Below, piece by piece: positions 63,449 through 64,000 of a stretch of 64,000 bases of DNA. Made by a program: the position numbers and the translations under genes. The notes beneath the pieces were generated by a model that worked only from the letters and a program-made list of their open reading frames with translations, was not told the DNA's origin and did not search any database. Origin of the DNA: Candidatus Flemingiibacterium merdigallinarum (GTDB taxonomy: Bacteria; Bacillota; Clostridia; Oscillospirales; CAG-272); NCBI GenBank assembly GCA_904386005.1, contig CAJFKR010000001.1:139525-203524 (forward strand). Reading direction: 5' to 3'. Numbering within the stretch: the first letter of the stretch is position 1; every line of letters starts with the position of its first letter.

Positions 63449-64000
63449 TCAGTTCGCCGGATTATAATAATACCAGACCGACAAAATCCTGTCGGAATCG
63501 GCTCTCGCGCGGTCGGCGACCGCGAAGCCCGGAACCCAGACGATTCCCTCCGAGTCGCAAAAGACCGGCAGTCGTTCGCGCTCGTCACGGCTCAACTTAT
63601 GGTCATTGTAGAGCTTTTTGAGCCGTCGGGTCATTCCGCCAAAGACATACGCGTCTCCGGCGCGCCTTGAGCGTACAAATAATATATGATTTATTTTATC
63701 AGAATTTAATTCTGCGTGTATTGATAATTTGTAAATATTTTTGAGTCTTTCGTTATATTTTTCAAATTCGCCGCATTTTTTCGAATTTGGCAATAAAATC
63801 GCCGCAAAATCGGGCGACGCGAATTGATTTATGCCAACGGCGAGCGGATATTCAAACTCAATCCGCTGCTGTGGCGCGGCATTATTGGCATAAGCCAAAT
63901 TGGCATAAGCCGAATTGGCAGAAGCTGAATTGGTAGAAGCCGAATCAATAAAAGTCAATTTTCCGCGCGAGATTTCAGCGCGAATTTTCCCGGGCAGCGA
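63449..64000 (-). CDS. tilS: tRNA(Ile)-lysidine synthetase, C-terminal part; the 5' end lies outside the window
   Basis: The frame stays open to the window edge (SLPGKIRAEISRGKLTF...). C-terminal domain RRAGDAYVFGGMTRRLKKLYNDHKLSRDERERLPVFCDSEGIVWVPGF. Sits in tilS-hpt-ftsH synteny. Confidence 0.8.
   Translation of the reverse strand, partial: SLPGKIRAEISRGKLTFIDSASTNSASANSAYANLAYANNAAPQQRIEFEYPLAVGINQFASPDFAAILLPNSKKCGEFEKYNERLKNIYKLSIHAELNSDKINHILFVRSRRAGDAYVFGGMTRRLKKLYNDHKLSRDERERLPVFCDSEGIVWVPGFAVADRARADSDRILSVWYYYNPAN

Noticed and set aside
1-64000. Prophage, transposon, integron or other mobile-element genes; also rRNA genes.
   Set aside because: No integrase, transposase, recombinase, phage structural or rRNA-like sequences were recognised in any frame. 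The AT-rich islets lack flanking direct repeats and mobility genes.

Overview
This is a 64-kb chromosomal segment from a high-GC, Gram-positive anaerobe that looks like Clostridia. Supporting signs are SLH-anchored surface proteins, a SleB-type hydrolase, a T-box leader, lipoprotein ABC binding proteins and sigma-A consensus promoters. Nearly every long ORF has an antisense shadow ORF, as expected at this GC content. I support about 50 protein genes and one tRNA-Ser(GGA). Housekeeping genes are proS, ald, ftsH, hpt and a partial tilS. They are mixed with carbohydrate-utilisation genes: GH29 fucosidase, fucI, a GH36/raffinose-synthase-like enzyme, a glutaminase-A-like putative glycoside hydrolase, an aldose-1-epimerase, two sugar-binding lipoproteins and four AraC regulators. 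The main result is three divergent, unusually short glycyl-radical enzymes (GREs; 661-720 aa by my start calls), each followed by its own radical-SAM activase (AE). Two pairs lie back to back at 25.1-32.6 kb and one lies at 51.7-54.9 kb. All three have a Cys-x-Glu thiyl loop, and the radical Gly sits exactly 24 residues from the C-terminus. None has the partner genes of a known GRE pathway; instead they sit beside AraC regulators, permease-less binding proteins and a glycosidase/mutarotase set. Other observations are listed below.
- A family of GA-rich modular hairpin arrays occurs at three sites, two of them touching GRE genes.
- A 94-nt nested palindrome is present twice, once probably in the fucI leader.
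- A GyrI-like gene between the GRE loci is interrupted by an amber codon.
- An A6-tract frameshift cuts the signal peptide off a 913-aa SLH surface protein.
- A T-box leader sits in front of a sodium:solute symporter.
- An XRE-HTH domain is fused to L-serine dehydratase.
- A 22-bp-phased palindromic operator array precedes a TetR operon.
- Many in-frame and UTR tandem repeats are present.
- A strongly AT-rich AraC + binding-protein islet is present.
No transposase, integrase, CRISPR array or rRNA was seen. All family assignments come from motif recognition by eye. No database search was run.
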